A DNA stretch of 63,257 nucleotides, filler included. It is 6 parts of 6 records of this genome, joined end to end, with 100 filler letters (N's around TTAATTAATTAA, not from the genome) between each part and the next. Parts side by side here need not be neighbours in the genome. Positions count along the whole stretch, not along the records: positions 1 to 24,114 come from SRR31147125_29585; 5 more parts are not named here. One strand, 5' to 3'. The notes beneath the pieces are model-generated. The model worked only from the letters and a program-made list of their open reading frames with translations. It had not been told where the DNA came from and searched no databases. Positions within the stretch are counted from its first letter, which is position 1, and each line of letters begins with the position of its first letter. Below, piece by piece: positions 1 to 9,642 of the stretch. A program made the position numbers and the translations under genes.

Positions 1-2
1 CC

Positions 3-797
3 TATTTTGGTAGCAGCCAGGAATTTCTCAATGAAATAAATAATGGAACTTTTAACCTCATCTACTATGGTCATGGTACGCCTGCCTACTGGAGCAAATC
101 CCGGTATTTTACAAAAGATGATATTGATTACATCGATCAGAGTAGCCAGCCATTTTTTCTGAGCACAATCAGTTGCAGTCAAAATTTTGATCTGGCAGAA
201 GAGCAAAGCCTTGTAGAAAAATTGCTCACTTTTCCGGGCGGAGGAGCTGTAGCCACATTGGCGTCATCCGGATTTAACAGCTATATTACCGGAGATCGTC
301 TTTTCAGGGAAATTTACGCTTATATTCTTGAAAACAATGACCTCACCATTGGACAGGCCATACTTGAAGCAAAGAGAACTCTGGGCTATCCCAATGCAAA
401 ACCGGATGCCATGCTGCGCAGATTTACATTGTTGGGCGATCCTTGTTTGAGACTCCCCTATTCCATACAGACCAGGCACAACGATGAAAATATATCTACA
501 GTAAAAGAATTCTCACTTGCTCAAAATTATCCCAATCCGTTTAATCCGACCACAATGATATCTTTTAATTTACCTTCAGATGGTCATATTGTATTGAATG
601 TCTTTGATTTAACAGGAAGGATCGTTAAAACCATATTGCACGGTAACAAAAATAGCGGGACTTTTTCCGTTCTATGGGATGGAAAAAATGAACAGGGACG
701 GCCGATAGCGTCAGGGATTTATATTTATCAACTTTTATTTAAAGGCACAAATGGGAGCTCATTTGTGCAATGCAAGAAGATGAGTTTGGTACGTTAA
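3..797 (+). CDS. C25 (gingipain-like) cysteine peptidase with C-terminal T9SS/FlgD-type sorting domain, 5'-truncated by window edge
   Basis: The frame is open from nt 3: ...NLIYYGHGTPAYW... (His-Gly) and ...FLSTISCSQNFD... (Cys), then GGAVA and FTLLGDP motifs of C25. The tail LAQNYPNPFNPTT...WDGKNEQG...SGIYIY...KKMSLVR is a typical CTD. Confidence 0.85.
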   Translation, partial: YFGSSQEFLNEINNGTFNLIYYGHGTPAYWSKSRYFTKDDIDYIDQSSQPFFLSTISCSQNFDLAEEQSLVEKLLTFPGGGAVATLASSGFNSYITGDRLFREIYAYILENNDLTIGQAILEAKRTLGYPNAKPDAMLRRFTLLGDPCLRLPYSIQTRHNDENISTVKEFSLAQNYPNPFNPTTMISFNLPSDGHIVLNVFDLTGRIVKTILHGNKNSGTFSVLWDGKNEQGRPIASGIYIYQLLFKGTNGSSFVQCKKMSLVR

Positions 798-859
798 AAA
801 GAATCTCAATTCTGTGTTAATTTCAATTTAAAAATACTTTAATATTTTTAATTATATAT

Positions 860-893
860 CTTACCTTTATATAAGAATAAGTTGAAAGGTAAG
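860..893. promoter_or_regulatory. Inverted repeat CTTACCTTT...AAAGGTAAG, probable antitoxin autoregulatory operator
   Basis: Perfect 9-bp inverted repeat (860-868 / 885-893) ending just before the AbrB start codon. Confidence 0.45.
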
Positions 894-897
894 GCTT

Positions 898-1134
898 ATG
901 ATATCAACCATTACCTCAAAAGGCCAACTAACCATACCCAAATCAATCCGGGACCAATTAAACCTGCACAGCGGAGATAAAGTCGAAATTTTCAAAGAAA
1001 AGGACGGCTCTCTTCGTATCGTTCCTATAACGGATTCCATAAAAAAACTAAAGGGTATGGTACCACGTCCGGAAAAAGTAGTGAGTAGTGATAAAATGAA
1101 TGAAGTGATTAAGAGGGAAAGCGAAAAACTGTGA
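898..1134 (+). CDS. AbrB/MazE/SpoVT-family antitoxin (VapB-like)
   Basis: TITSKGQLTIPKSIRDQLNLHSGDKVEI swapped-hairpin motif. Its stop overlaps a GTG (GTGA) of the toxin remnant. Confidence 0.9.
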   Translation: MISTITSKGQLTIPKSIRDQLNLHSGDKVEIFKEKDGSLRIVPITDSIKKLKGMVPRPEKVVSSDKMNEVIKRESEKL

Positions 1135-1293
1135 TTAGCCTGAATTAGCCATGTTCTGATTTGTAATATTATCCGGGATTATCCGGAACAGTTACAACAG
1201 GCCAGTTAAATCTGGAATAAAGCGAACGGGTGTGAGTATACGGTAACCTTTGATAAAAATGCTTCGTTGGGTGAGAATTATCAATTGATATAG
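1131..1293 (+). pseudogene. vapC: VapC/PIN toxin remnant (frameshift, stops, internal deletion)
   Basis: Reads VISLN*/HVLICNIIRDYPEQ...*...KANGCEYTVTFDKNAS: a degraded PIN N-terminus joined to the PIN C-terminal TFD motif, about 54 codons only. Confidence 0.7.
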
Positions 1294-1616
1294 TATATTT
1301 ACAACCGATAATGACAATACCCACTTTTTGCCTCTCCTCAATTTCCTCCCTGGTTTAAAGCCAGTTCAAATATTCTGGATCCAAATAAAATATAAGGGAA
1401 ATATACAAAAGGCCAACTCAATTACAAGCTGACCCTTTGCAACCCTTTTCATTACAATCCTTTCCCATTCCCCCCAAAATAACATTTTTTACACACAAGC
1501 CGATAAAAGACAATTAAAACCAAATAAAATTGATAAATTATTTGATTATATCCAAATTATCCAATGATAAAATCACTGCAGGCACATAAGAAAACCACGA
1601 TTGTCATGGCTATTTA

Positions 1617-3365
1617 TTAAATGTTTTGCTTGTATGATTCCATTTTCTCTTTTACCAACTCGACAACAGCCTTGCCTCTCAACTCAATTTCACAAATAAT
1701 TCCTTCAGGATCAATCAGGAACGTTGTTGGATATCCTGTTACACCATAAGCACGAATGACCTCATCTGGAACAAGAGCATTTGGATAAGGAAGAGGTTCT
1801 TTTTCAAGATATTCTCTCAACCGTTTTTCATCATCTTTTGCCAGACCAATCACTTGCAATTTATCACGTGAAATTGTAGTGGCCAGCTGGCTGAAATTAG
1901 AGAGTTCACCAATGCAGGGTCCACACCAGGATCCCCAGAAATCAATAAAAACAAACTTACCTTTACAATCAAAAAGTCTGAATTTCTTGCCCTCCAAAGT
2001 TGTGACCTCAAAATCTGGAGCCAATGAGCCTGGTAGTACGTCCAACCTCGCCAACACCTTATCGGCATGCCCCTTTCCTACATAAAATTTGTCAGCATAG
2101 TCTTTCTTTAACCAGTTTATTAAATGCCTGGCCTTATCTGCGTTTTTGTAGTGTGCATAATTTGCTCCGGCTTGATAGAGCATATGAGTACACAGAGTCT
2201 TTTTAGGCGATTTATTTACAAAATCGATGATAAAATCATAAAAATAATCTTCAGACAGGTTGTATTTTTCTCTCAGACCTGTTGCTTCTTTGGTTAAATT
2301 ATCCAATGATGTGACCAAAGAAGCAAAATCACCTTCAAGAAGAAAGGATTCAGGATTAAGTGATTGAAGTAGGTTGAGTTGAATTGAAATAAAATCGTTA
2401 AATTTTTCTCCTTTCAAAATATGCCTGAATTTCACACTGTCTACTTTACCAGCTTTCCAGATTTGGCGTAAATCATAAATGGCAGGATGAAGATAGGCAA
2501 ATCGATCGAGTTTCATTTCGATCAATAATTGCTGAAAGCATGGATCGTAATTTGTACCGATAGAATCATACTCACTGATAATAGTATTATATTTCTTTTC
2601 CCATTCATCTGGTTCACTTTTACGAATTTCCCGTATAGTAGAAGATAACCGCTTATTCGTGGCTGATATCTCATCGGATATCCGATTATATTGATCCAAC
2701 AAATCATATCCTTTTATTTTAGCCGTTGATAAATGCCGTGGAGTTTTATAAAGAGAAGGATCAAATACGATAGAATCACCATTATATAAATTGACAAAGT
2801 CTGCACGATCTTTACGAAGGGCTCTATTTTTGTTAGAGATATCATTTCTTGGTAGACCGTTTATAACAAATTGATATTTATCTCCCTTTTTAACAGTACC
2901 AGAAGGCTCGAACATCCACCGATTTTCTTTTTTGACAAGCACAGGCGCTTTTTCGATTTTCCAGTCACAAAAATCTCCGGCAATCTTTACTTCTTTAACA
3001 ACCGAATCAATACCAATAGGCACAAGATGTATCAGTGCGGTTAATTTCGTTTTAGCATCCGGTATAAAGATTCGTTCTCTATGAACTTCATAACCATAGG
3101 CAAAAGCAAAAAGCGTGTACCTGCCAGGATCTGCCTGAAATGAAAAAACAGAGTCTGCTTGCACTGAAAAATATTTCGGATCCGCCAGCCAGTCCCAATT
3201 TTGAGTACGATTATAGGATCCATGATAATAAAGCCCCACATAAATAGAATCAGCACCAACCCCTCCGGATAGAGTAACCGTTCCGTTTAAATTGGGAGTG
3301 TTTTTGTGTGTTGAACAGGAAAGCAGCACAAAAATCCAAAACAGTACAATGAATATCCGTTTCAT
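1617..3365 (-). CDS. TlpA-family thiol-disulfide oxidoreductase lipoprotein with N-terminal beta-sandwich domains
   Basis: RBS GGAGG then MKRIFIV...LLSC lipobox. C-terminal APDF...KFVFIDFWGSWCGPC...YGVTGYPTTFLIDPEG thioredoxin fold. IAGDFCDW resembles a CBM48-like domain. Confidence 0.85.
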   Translation of the reverse strand: MKRIFIVLFWIFVLLSCSTHKNTPNLNGTVTLSGGVGADSIYVGLYYHGSYNRTQNWDWLADPKYFSVQADSVFSFQADPGRYTLFAFAYGYEVHRERIFIPDAKTKLTALIHLVPIGIDSVVKEVKIAGDFCDWKIEKAPVLVKKENRWMFEPSGTVKKGDKYQFVINGLPRNDISNKNRALRKDRADFVNLYNGDSIVFDPSLYKTPRHLSTAKIKGYDLLDQYNRISDEISATNKRLSSTIREIRKSEPDEWEKKYNTIISEYDSIGTNYDPCFQQLLIEMKLDRFAYLHPAIYDLRQIWKAGKVDSVKFRHILKGEKFNDFISIQLNLLQSLNPESFLLEGDFASLVTSLDNLTKEATGLREKYNLSEDYFYDFIIDFVNKSPKKTLCTHMLYQAGANYAHYKNADKARHLINWLKKDYADKFYVGKGHADKVLARLDVLPGSLAPDFEVTTLEGKKFRLFDCKGKFVFIDFWGSWCGPCIGELSNFSQLATTISRDKLQVIGLAKDDEKRLREYLEKEPLPYPNALVPDEVIRAYGVTGYPTTFLIDPEGIICEIELRGKAVVELVKEKMESYKQNI

Positions 3366-3461
3366 TTTAATTACCCCTCCGATAATTTTTAAACAGCAAA
3401 ACAATTACAATCTATTATTGTCTACTTTATAAAGAAAAAAAACCCAAATGCGATGCTTGTA

Positions 3462-4994
3462 TTACATATACCGGGCCAACGTTTTTTCCAGAACATCGCC
3501 CCTTAAACCGTAATTATATTCAAGGATTTTACCATCTTTGTCCAAAAGTAAAAGTGTTGGCCAGCCACCAATCTGATACAGTTTTGGCAAAGCATCATCT
3601 CTTCCTTGCTGAATGTGTATCCAGTTCATTTGATTCTTTTTAATAAAAGTCTTTAGCCTTAGCGGATCATCCTCACCAATGCTAACAATTTCCAGGCCCC
3701 TTGAATGGTATTTTTCATAGACTTTTTTCAGATGACTCACCTGCTGCACACAGGGACCGCACCATGTAGCCCAAAAATCGATCAACACGAATTTACCTCT
3801 TAAATCCGACAGGCTAAATTCTGTTGAATCGAGTGTCTTAAGAGAAAAATTCGGTGCCTGATTACCAATTTTAATCTGAGGAAACACCTTTTGTGCACTC
3901 TTTTTCAACACAATATATTTTCCTTGAGGATCTATTTCAGTTGCCTCAAATGCCGTGTCGGCCATGATGAATGGTTTGAATAATTGCCCATGATCATCTG
4001 CCATATCCCTTTCCTTATTCTGATTTGAGTCAATCCAGAATGAACTATATCTGGTAATTTCCACTGCAGCCGATGGCAAAATAGCAACATTATAATCTGA
4101 TCCATCTATTTTTACCTTGCCAGTAAATACGTTCAACGTTGCCAAATGATAATGTGCATCACCGTTTTTCCTTAGCCTCCGGGTAATGCCGATAGGTACT
4201 TTAAGCTGTCTGACTTTATTACCATCAAAATACTCTGTACTGATGGTCGTTTGGCATTTATGTAATTCAACCTCTCTGTTGTTTTGCGTAACCTTTTCTG
4301 ATTTAAACGGCAAAACCGAATCATTGGACAAGTTTTCATCATTATTTTCATCCGCAACGACATAGAAAACATCATCCTTTTTCAGGATGGCCAAAGCCAA
4401 CATACAATCAACAGGTGTATCAGGATAAATGGCAGCAAGAGAATCGTATTTTGTTTGCCCGTAAAGTGAAATAACTTTTTTATAAAATTCAGGATTATTT
4501 TTTGCGTTAGTAATATTGTACTGCCCTGACAATCGCCAAAAAAATGTATGCTCGAGCTCGAATCCTTCAGGGTACCGGTAGATTTGTTCAGAGCACTCTG
4601 GTAATTGCCGGGTTAGCGTCAGAACTACACCGCCCCATGTCATTTTGATATCATCATTATGCCGGGCAGTCAGTTTTATACGCTGCACATCGGGTGTGTC
4701 TACATTGGCTGTAAGAGTTAAAGCCGATACAAAAAAAAGAAATCCTATGCTGAGCCCGGACCACCACCATGAGCGTTTGGTAAAGTTGGAAATCATTTTC
4801 ACCCTCCTTCTCATATTGAACTTATTATCGGAAAAACGAACAGTAACTGGAACAAATGAGGTATGTTTTATCTCTCGAAGCAATGAAATCAGGGTTTCAC
4901 CATATTCAATTTTATGATTTTCCCCCAAAATCTGCAGCGCCAATTCGTTACACGCAGCTTCCCTGTCATTTCTCATAATGAAAAAGCAAACCAC
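3462..4994 (-). CDS. C-terminal part of a BlaR1/M56 peptidase-TlpA thioredoxin fusion (split from 4973-5746 by a 1-nt frameshift)
   Basis: Begins with the M56 tail MRNDREAACNELAL...YGETLISL...RRVKMI, then a TM helix, an extracytoplasmic domain and DFWATWCGPC...GWPTLLLLDKDG. Confidence 0.85.
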   Translation of the reverse strand: MVCFFIMRNDREAACNELALQILGENHKIEYGETLISLLREIKHTSFVPVTVRFSDNKFNMRRRVKMISNFTKRSWWWSGLSIGFLFFVSALTLTANVDTPDVQRIKLTARHNDDIKMTWGGVVLTLTRQLPECSEQIYRYPEGFELEHTFFWRLSGQYNITNAKNNPEFYKKVISLYGQTKYDSLAAIYPDTPVDCMLALAILKKDDVFYVVADENNDENLSNDSVLPFKSEKVTQNNREVELHKCQTTISTEYFDGNKVRQLKVPIGITRRLRKNGDAHYHLATLNVFTGKVKIDGSDYNVAILPSAAVEITRYSSFWIDSNQNKERDMADDHGQLFKPFIMADTAFEATEIDPQGKYIVLKKSAQKVFPQIKIGNQAPNFSLKTLDSTEFSLSDLRGKFVLIDFWATWCGPCVQQVSHLKKVYEKYHSRGLEIVSIGEDDPLRLKTFIKKNQMNWIHIQQGRDDALPKLYQIGGWPTLLLLDKDGKILEYNYGLRGDVLEKTLARYM

Positions 4995-5746
4995 AGTGCC
5001 GGATTAAACCAATAAAATATCTGCACCAGAGAAATGACTAATGCAACCAGATGATCATTACGCCTGATATGGGCCAATTCATGTAAAAAGATATGCTCCA
5101 GACGCTTATCATCACATTTTTCCACCATATGCTGCGGCAGGACAATTTTATGCTGAAAAAGACCATAACTATAGGGAATTGTAATGTCCTTGTTTTTGAA
5201 AAGCAAAATTTTCCTGGCCAATCCCATTCTTTTCTCACTCACACGCAAAGATCGGATGGTCCGTGGATCTCTAACAATCTTTGATTTTATAATTTGACGC
5301 CGGGTTTTTATATGAGCGATTAATAAATATATAAATAATACCGCTGCTCCCAATAACCAGACAAGTGCAAGCATCTCCGTCATGTTGACAGAAAAGTTCG
5401 ATGCGACAATGTTGGTTTCAGGTGGAAAATCCGAGTCCCTAATCAGGCTTTTATAAACCAAAGGAGACTGCTGCTGTAAATTTACATCCTGAAATTCTAT
5501 GTAATGACTCTCCTGATTTTTCGTTTGTGTTGTCAGATTAAAAAGACTAAAAGAACTCGACATTTCAAACGGCAGGACAAGGCGAATCAGCAACACTATC
5601 CACAATGCATATTGCCACTTGGCTGGCAATCGATCTTTAAAGAAAAGTTTAATAATTAAAATCAGCGCTATCAACACTGTCGCTTTGACTGATGTAAAAA
5701 ACAACCACTCTGCGACAAATGACACATACTGAAGATTCCCCATCAT
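4973..5746 (-). CDS. blaR1: N-terminal part of BlaR1/MecR1-type M56 membrane metallopeptidase
   Basis: WQYALWIVLLIRLVLP, HELAHIRRND zinc motif, FYWFNPALW. Overlaps the blaI stop. Confidence 0.88.
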   Translation of the reverse strand: MMGNLQYVSFVAEWLFFTSVKATVLIALILIIKLFFKDRLPAKWQYALWIVLLIRLVLPFEMSSSFSLFNLTTQTKNQESHYIEFQDVNLQQQSPLVYKSLIRDSDFPPETNIVASNFSVNMTEMLALVWLLGAAVLFIYLLIAHIKTRRQIIKSKIVRDPRTIRSLRVSEKRMGLARKILLFKNKDITIPYSYGLFQHKIVLPQHMVEKCDDKRLEHIFLHELAHIRRNDHLVALVISLVQIFYWFNPALWFAFSL

Positions 5747-6117
5747 TTTGTTTTCCTTTTTTGTTTGAGTATGTGCTCCAATTCATCGATGTCTTTATCA
5801 GAAAGATTGGTCTCCTCTAAAAATGCGGCAATCATAGGTTGCATGGAACCATTAAACACCCGCAATACAAAGGACTGAGTTTCCTGACGCTTGACTTTGT
5901 TTTCATTAACAGTCGCAAAGTAGAGATAAGCACGTCCCTCCTTTTCAAATCGAACTGCCCCTTTTTGTACTAATCGATTAATAAGCGTGCGAATAGTTTG
6001 AGCGTTCCAAGGAACTTTACCCTCAAGCTTTTCGACAATTTCGTTTGCAGTACACGGTGATTTTTTCCAAAGCAATTTCATGACACGCCACTCTGCTTCG
6101 GATATTTTTGGAGTCAT
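5743..6117 (-). CDS. blaI: BlaI/MecI/CopY-family transcriptional repressor
   Basis: ISEAEWRVMKLLW...WNAQTIRTLINRLVQKG...EGRAYLY, with a GGAGG RBS upstream. Confidence 0.95.
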   Translation of the reverse strand: MTPKISEAEWRVMKLLWKKSPCTANEIVEKLEGKVPWNAQTIRTLINRLVQKGAVRFEKEGRAYLYFATVNENKVKRQETQSFVLRVFNGSMQPMIAAFLEETNLSDKDIDELEHILKQKRKTK

Positions 6118-6154
6118 TTAATACCTCCTTGAAAATTTGTAAAACTCTGCTTAT

Positions 6155-6227
6155 TATTACATTTGTAATACAACACATATTACAAATGTAATATATAAAA
6201 GTCAAGTTATTTATTACAATTGTAATA
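6155..6227. promoter_or_regulatory. Three BlaI/CopY operator palindromes TATTACAnnTGTAATA overlapping the blaI promoter
   Basis: TATTACATTTGTAATA at 6155-6170, TATTACAAATGTAATA at 6178-6193, TATTACAATTGTAATA at 6212-6227. Minus-strand TTGACT (6205-6200)-N17-TAATAT (6182-6177) overlaps box 2. Confidence 0.88.
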
Positions 6228-6704
6228 TTTTAAACAAATCTATACTATAAACCACAATGGAATAATTTGTGCAATAAGCAAAATACTAGATTTAAATCAC
6301 TGATACACTTGATGATAAACTTTATGCAAATAGACAAAAAGGAGTTGTGGAAAAGATCGTGTTAATAAATTGAATAGTCACCAATTTTCAGTATTAAATA
6401 ATATGTGGGTAACTTAATGTTTTTAAATTTGCCAGGGATATTGATCGCGTGAATACAGAAGTAAATCCTGCACAGCTACCATTACAATATTCAATTATTG
6501 TCTGATTCACCTTATAATAATATTTATCAAGGAATTTCGAATTAAATTATCCACTTTAAAAATTGTTCTTTTAATTTGAAACCTTTACTCCCCTCATTTC
6601 GTCACTATATTGATATATAATTCTATTTTTTATTCGCTTTCCCCTGATCTTTTTTCGAACCTTACATTTTCCTGGACATTCAACTTTATAATTTGGAGGA
6701 ATTT

Positions 6705-8246
6705 ATGGGATCAATGAGTAGACGAGACTTTCTTGGTTCATCCGCGGCTCTGGGAAGTGCTGTGGCGCTGAGCCCCATCGTACCAGGTGCATGGGTGCAG
6801 GCTGCAGGCGTGAAAACAAGCGGCTTTTTCGAAACTGAATTTGGTATGACCGATGCCGTGTGCAAAAGAGTACTGGATAAGGCTTTATCCAAAGGAGGAG
6901 ATTTTGCAGATCTGTACTTTGAGCATACCATATCCAATTGGGTCGTGCTGGAAGACGGCAAGGTTGATCGTGCTTACGGCAGCATCGATTTGGGTGTCGG
7001 TATACGCACAGTAAAAGGCGAGCAAACAGGTTACGGTTTCACGCAGGAACTAACAGAAGAATCCATGATGGCTGCTGCTGCAACAGCTGCTACCATTGCT
7101 GATGCCTCTCCAAAATCAGCAGCAAAAGAATTTGTACAACTCGAAACCAAAAACCACTATCCTTTAACAACATTACTTACGGATGTTCCCCTCTCATCCA
7201 AACTCCCTCTCGTAAAAGTGTTGAATGAAAAATGCTTTGCTCTATCGAATCTTATCATCAAAGTAAACGTCACGATGCACGATCAACAGAAACGGATCAA
7301 AATCATCAGCAGTGATGGATCAAAAGCAGAAGATTTGTTACCGCGAGATTATCTTTCCGCATCTGTTGTCGCGGAAAAAAATGGCAAACAGGAAAAATCC
7401 TGGTGGAATTACGGTGGACGGCAGGAATTCTCTTATTTTACCCCGAAACTTGTTGACAAACTTGCTGCTGAGGCCGTCAATCGTGTTGTTGTACTTTTTG
7501 ATGCTGTTCAGCCACCAGCCGGCGAAATGCCGGTTATCCTTGGGCCCGGAATAACCGGCGTTCTGTTGCATGAAGCCATAGGACACGGTATGGAAGCTGA
7601 TTTTAACCGCAAAAAGATTTCAACCTATTCCACCATGATTGGTAAAAAAGTTGCTGAACCGTTTGTCTCTATTGTTGACGAGGGTATCACACCGCGTCAG
7701 CTCGGCTCCATCAATGTCGATGACGAAGGTATTCCCGGGCAAAAAACCATGCTTGTTGAGAACGGAATCCTGACAAGTTATTTGTATGATAAAATTTCAG
7801 CCAAACACTATAACGTTAAACCCACCGGAAGCGGACGTCGTGAAAGTTACCAGCACTATCCACAGCCACGAATGCGTAACACTTATATGCTCGCGGGTGA
7901 CGCATCTCCTGAAGACGTGTTTAAAAGTATCAATAAAGGCCTCTATGTTGAGGACGTCAGTAACGGCCAAGTCAAGATTGGTGAAGGTGATTTTGCCTTT
8001 TATGTATCACAAGGCAAAATGATTGAGAATGGCAAGCTCACAAAACCGGTCAAAGATATTAACATTATGGGCAATGGTCCTAAAATGCTTCGTAATGTTA
8101 CTATGGTGGCAAATGATTTAAAGCTACATGAAGGCGGCACAGGAGCATGTGGTAAAGGTGGTCAGTCAGTCCCGGTATCCTTTGGATTACCGACCTGCCT
8201 GGTAAAATCCATGACAATTGGCGGCGTTCAAAAACAAGGAGCATAA
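6705..8246 (+). CDS. tldD: TldD metalloprotease with twin-arginine signal peptide
   Basis: GGDFADLYFE, HEAIGHGMEAD, GSGRRESY..PRMRNTYM and CGKGGQSVPV motifs. N-terminal SRRDFLG...VQAA. Confidence 0.93.
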   Translation: MGSMSRRDFLGSSAALGSAVALSPIVPGAWVQAAGVKTSGFFETEFGMTDAVCKRVLDKALSKGGDFADLYFEHTISNWVVLEDGKVDRAYGSIDLGVGIRTVKGEQTGYGFTQELTEESMMAAAATAATIADASPKSAAKEFVQLETKNHYPLTTLLTDVPLSSKLPLVKVLNEKCFALSNLIIKVNVTMHDQQKRIKIISSDGSKAEDLLPRDYLSASVVAEKNGKQEKSWWNYGGRQEFSYFTPKLVDKLAAEAVNRVVVLFDAVQPPAGEMPVILGPGITGVLLHEAIGHGMEADFNRKKISTYSTMIGKKVAEPFVSIVDEGITPRQLGSINVDDEGIPGQKTMLVENGILTSYLYDKISAKHYNVKPTGSGRRESYQHYPQPRMRNTYMLAGDASPEDVFKSINKGLYVEDVSNGQVKIGEGDFAFYVSQGKMIENGKLTKPVKDINIMGNGPKMLRNVTMVANDLKLHEGGTGACGKGGQSVPVSFGLPTCLVKSMTIGGVQKQGA

Positions 8247-8248
8247 TT

Positions 8249-9571
8249 ATGAGTAATAATATGATGGAATTGTGCGAAGGGGTTCTAAAAACGGCTAAAA
8301 AAGCCGGCGCCGAAAATTGCAAGGTTGGTTTTTCAAAACGGCGCTTTGTTGAAGTAGAGTATCGGGAGCGAAAACCGGAAACAGTCAAAGAGGCAACAAC
8401 ACAGTCCATAAATATTGAGATATTTGTGAACGGTCGCTATTCAGCGCAAAACACAGCCGATCTACGAAAAGAATCATTAAGCACATTTGTGAAAAAAGTT
8501 ATCGAAACAGCAAAATTGCTGGAAAAAGATCCCTATCGAAGCCTGCCGGATCCAAAGCATTATGAAAATCGCGCAAAAATAGATTTAAAGCTTTCAGATC
8601 CTGATTATACAGACATTACGGCTGAGAAACGCCATAAAATGGCAAAAAATATAGAGGCAGCCTGTCTTGACCAGGGTGGTGACAAGGTGATTTCTGTAAC
8701 CTCCAGTGTTTACGATGATTTTCATGAAGCGGTCACCATCACCAGTAATGGCTTCCAGGGTGAGCGCAAAACAACCCAGTGCTGGCTCAGTGCTTCCATG
8801 ACAGCGCAGGATGAGGGTGACCGCCGTCCAAGGGGCTATGATTATGCCGGCACCCGAATTATGAATAAATTGCCCTCATGTGAAAAAATCGGTATTCAGG
8901 CTGCAAAAAACACACTGGAATTGATGGGCAGTAAAAAAATCGAAACGGAAAAATTACCAATCATTGTCGAAAACAGAAATGTCGGACGAGTTTTAAACGG
9001 GTTTGTGCAGGCGATGAACGGCTGGTCTTTGCAACAAAAACGTTCTTTTCTCCTGGACAAAAAAGGCGAAAAAATGGGTAGTGACCTTTTTACCCTTGTT
9101 GATGATCCTCATATAATCGAAGGCATGGGCAGTAAATTGTATGATGGCGATGGTCTGGCTACAAAAAAGAGAAACATGGTTGAAAACGGTATCCTGAAGG
9201 AATATTATATCGACTGGTACCGCAGCCGCAAACTCGGTGTGGAACCAACAACCGGTGGTACATCAAATCTTTTAATTTTACCGGGAAAACGCTCTGTTAA
9301 GGAGATCATGAAAGACCTGGGACGCGGTGTAATTATCAATGGTTTTATTGGTGGCAATTCAAACTCTAATACCGGTGATTTCTCTATTGGTATTACTGGT
9401 CATCTATTCAACAATGGTGAAATTGAACAGGCTATCGCAGAAATGAATATTGCTGATAATCATTTACAATTCTGGAATAAATTATCTGAAGTCGCTAACG
9501 ACCCCTGGATTTATGGTAACTGGCAAATGCCAAGTCTTGTGTTTGATGATGTTGTTGTGTCCGGAGCGTAG
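8249..9571 (+). CDS. pmbA: PmbA/TldE partner of TldD
   Basis: TldD/PmbA-family motifs (DDPH..GMGS..YDGDG, GGNSNSNTGDFS, IAEMNIA) without HExxH. Starts 2 nt after tldD. Confidence 0.9.
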   Translation: MSNNMMELCEGVLKTAKKAGAENCKVGFSKRRFVEVEYRERKPETVKEATTQSINIEIFVNGRYSAQNTADLRKESLSTFVKKVIETAKLLEKDPYRSLPDPKHYENRAKIDLKLSDPDYTDITAEKRHKMAKNIEAACLDQGGDKVISVTSSVYDDFHEAVTITSNGFQGERKTTQCWLSASMTAQDEGDRRPRGYDYAGTRIMNKLPSCEKIGIQAAKNTLELMGSKKIETEKLPIIVENRNVGRVLNGFVQAMNGWSLQQKRSFLLDKKGEKMGSDLFTLVDDPHIIEGMGSKLYDGDGLATKKRNMVENGILKEYYIDWYRSRKLGVEPTTGGTSNLLILPGKRSVKEIMKDLGRGVIINGFIGGNSNSNTGDFSIGITGHLFNNGEIEQAIAEMNIADNHLQFWNKLSEVANDPWIYGNWQMPSLVFDDVVVSGA

Positions 9572-9605
9572 ATAATTATGCCCTATCCAACTATATAATA
9601 AAAGC

Positions 9606-9642
9606 AAAAAAAGGTCAATTCTTATTAGGGTTGACCTTTTTT
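9606..9642 (+). terminator. Intrinsic terminator after tldD-pmbA
   Basis: AAAAAAAGGTCAA-loop-TTGACCTTTTTT hairpin with U tract. Confidence 0.75.

Noticed and set aside
3462-4994. 510-aa ORF as an independent gene
   Set aside because: Its N-terminus is the missing tail of the M56 domain, so it is the second half of a frameshifted gene.
4973-6117. Beta-lactam resistance locus
   Set aside because: No penicillin-binding sensor domain and no beta-lactamase or mecA nearby.
6155-6227. Three 16-bp repeats as a mini CRISPR array
   Set aside because: The repeats are too short, the gaps are only 7 and 18 nt, no cas genes are present, and they match the BlaI/CopY operator.
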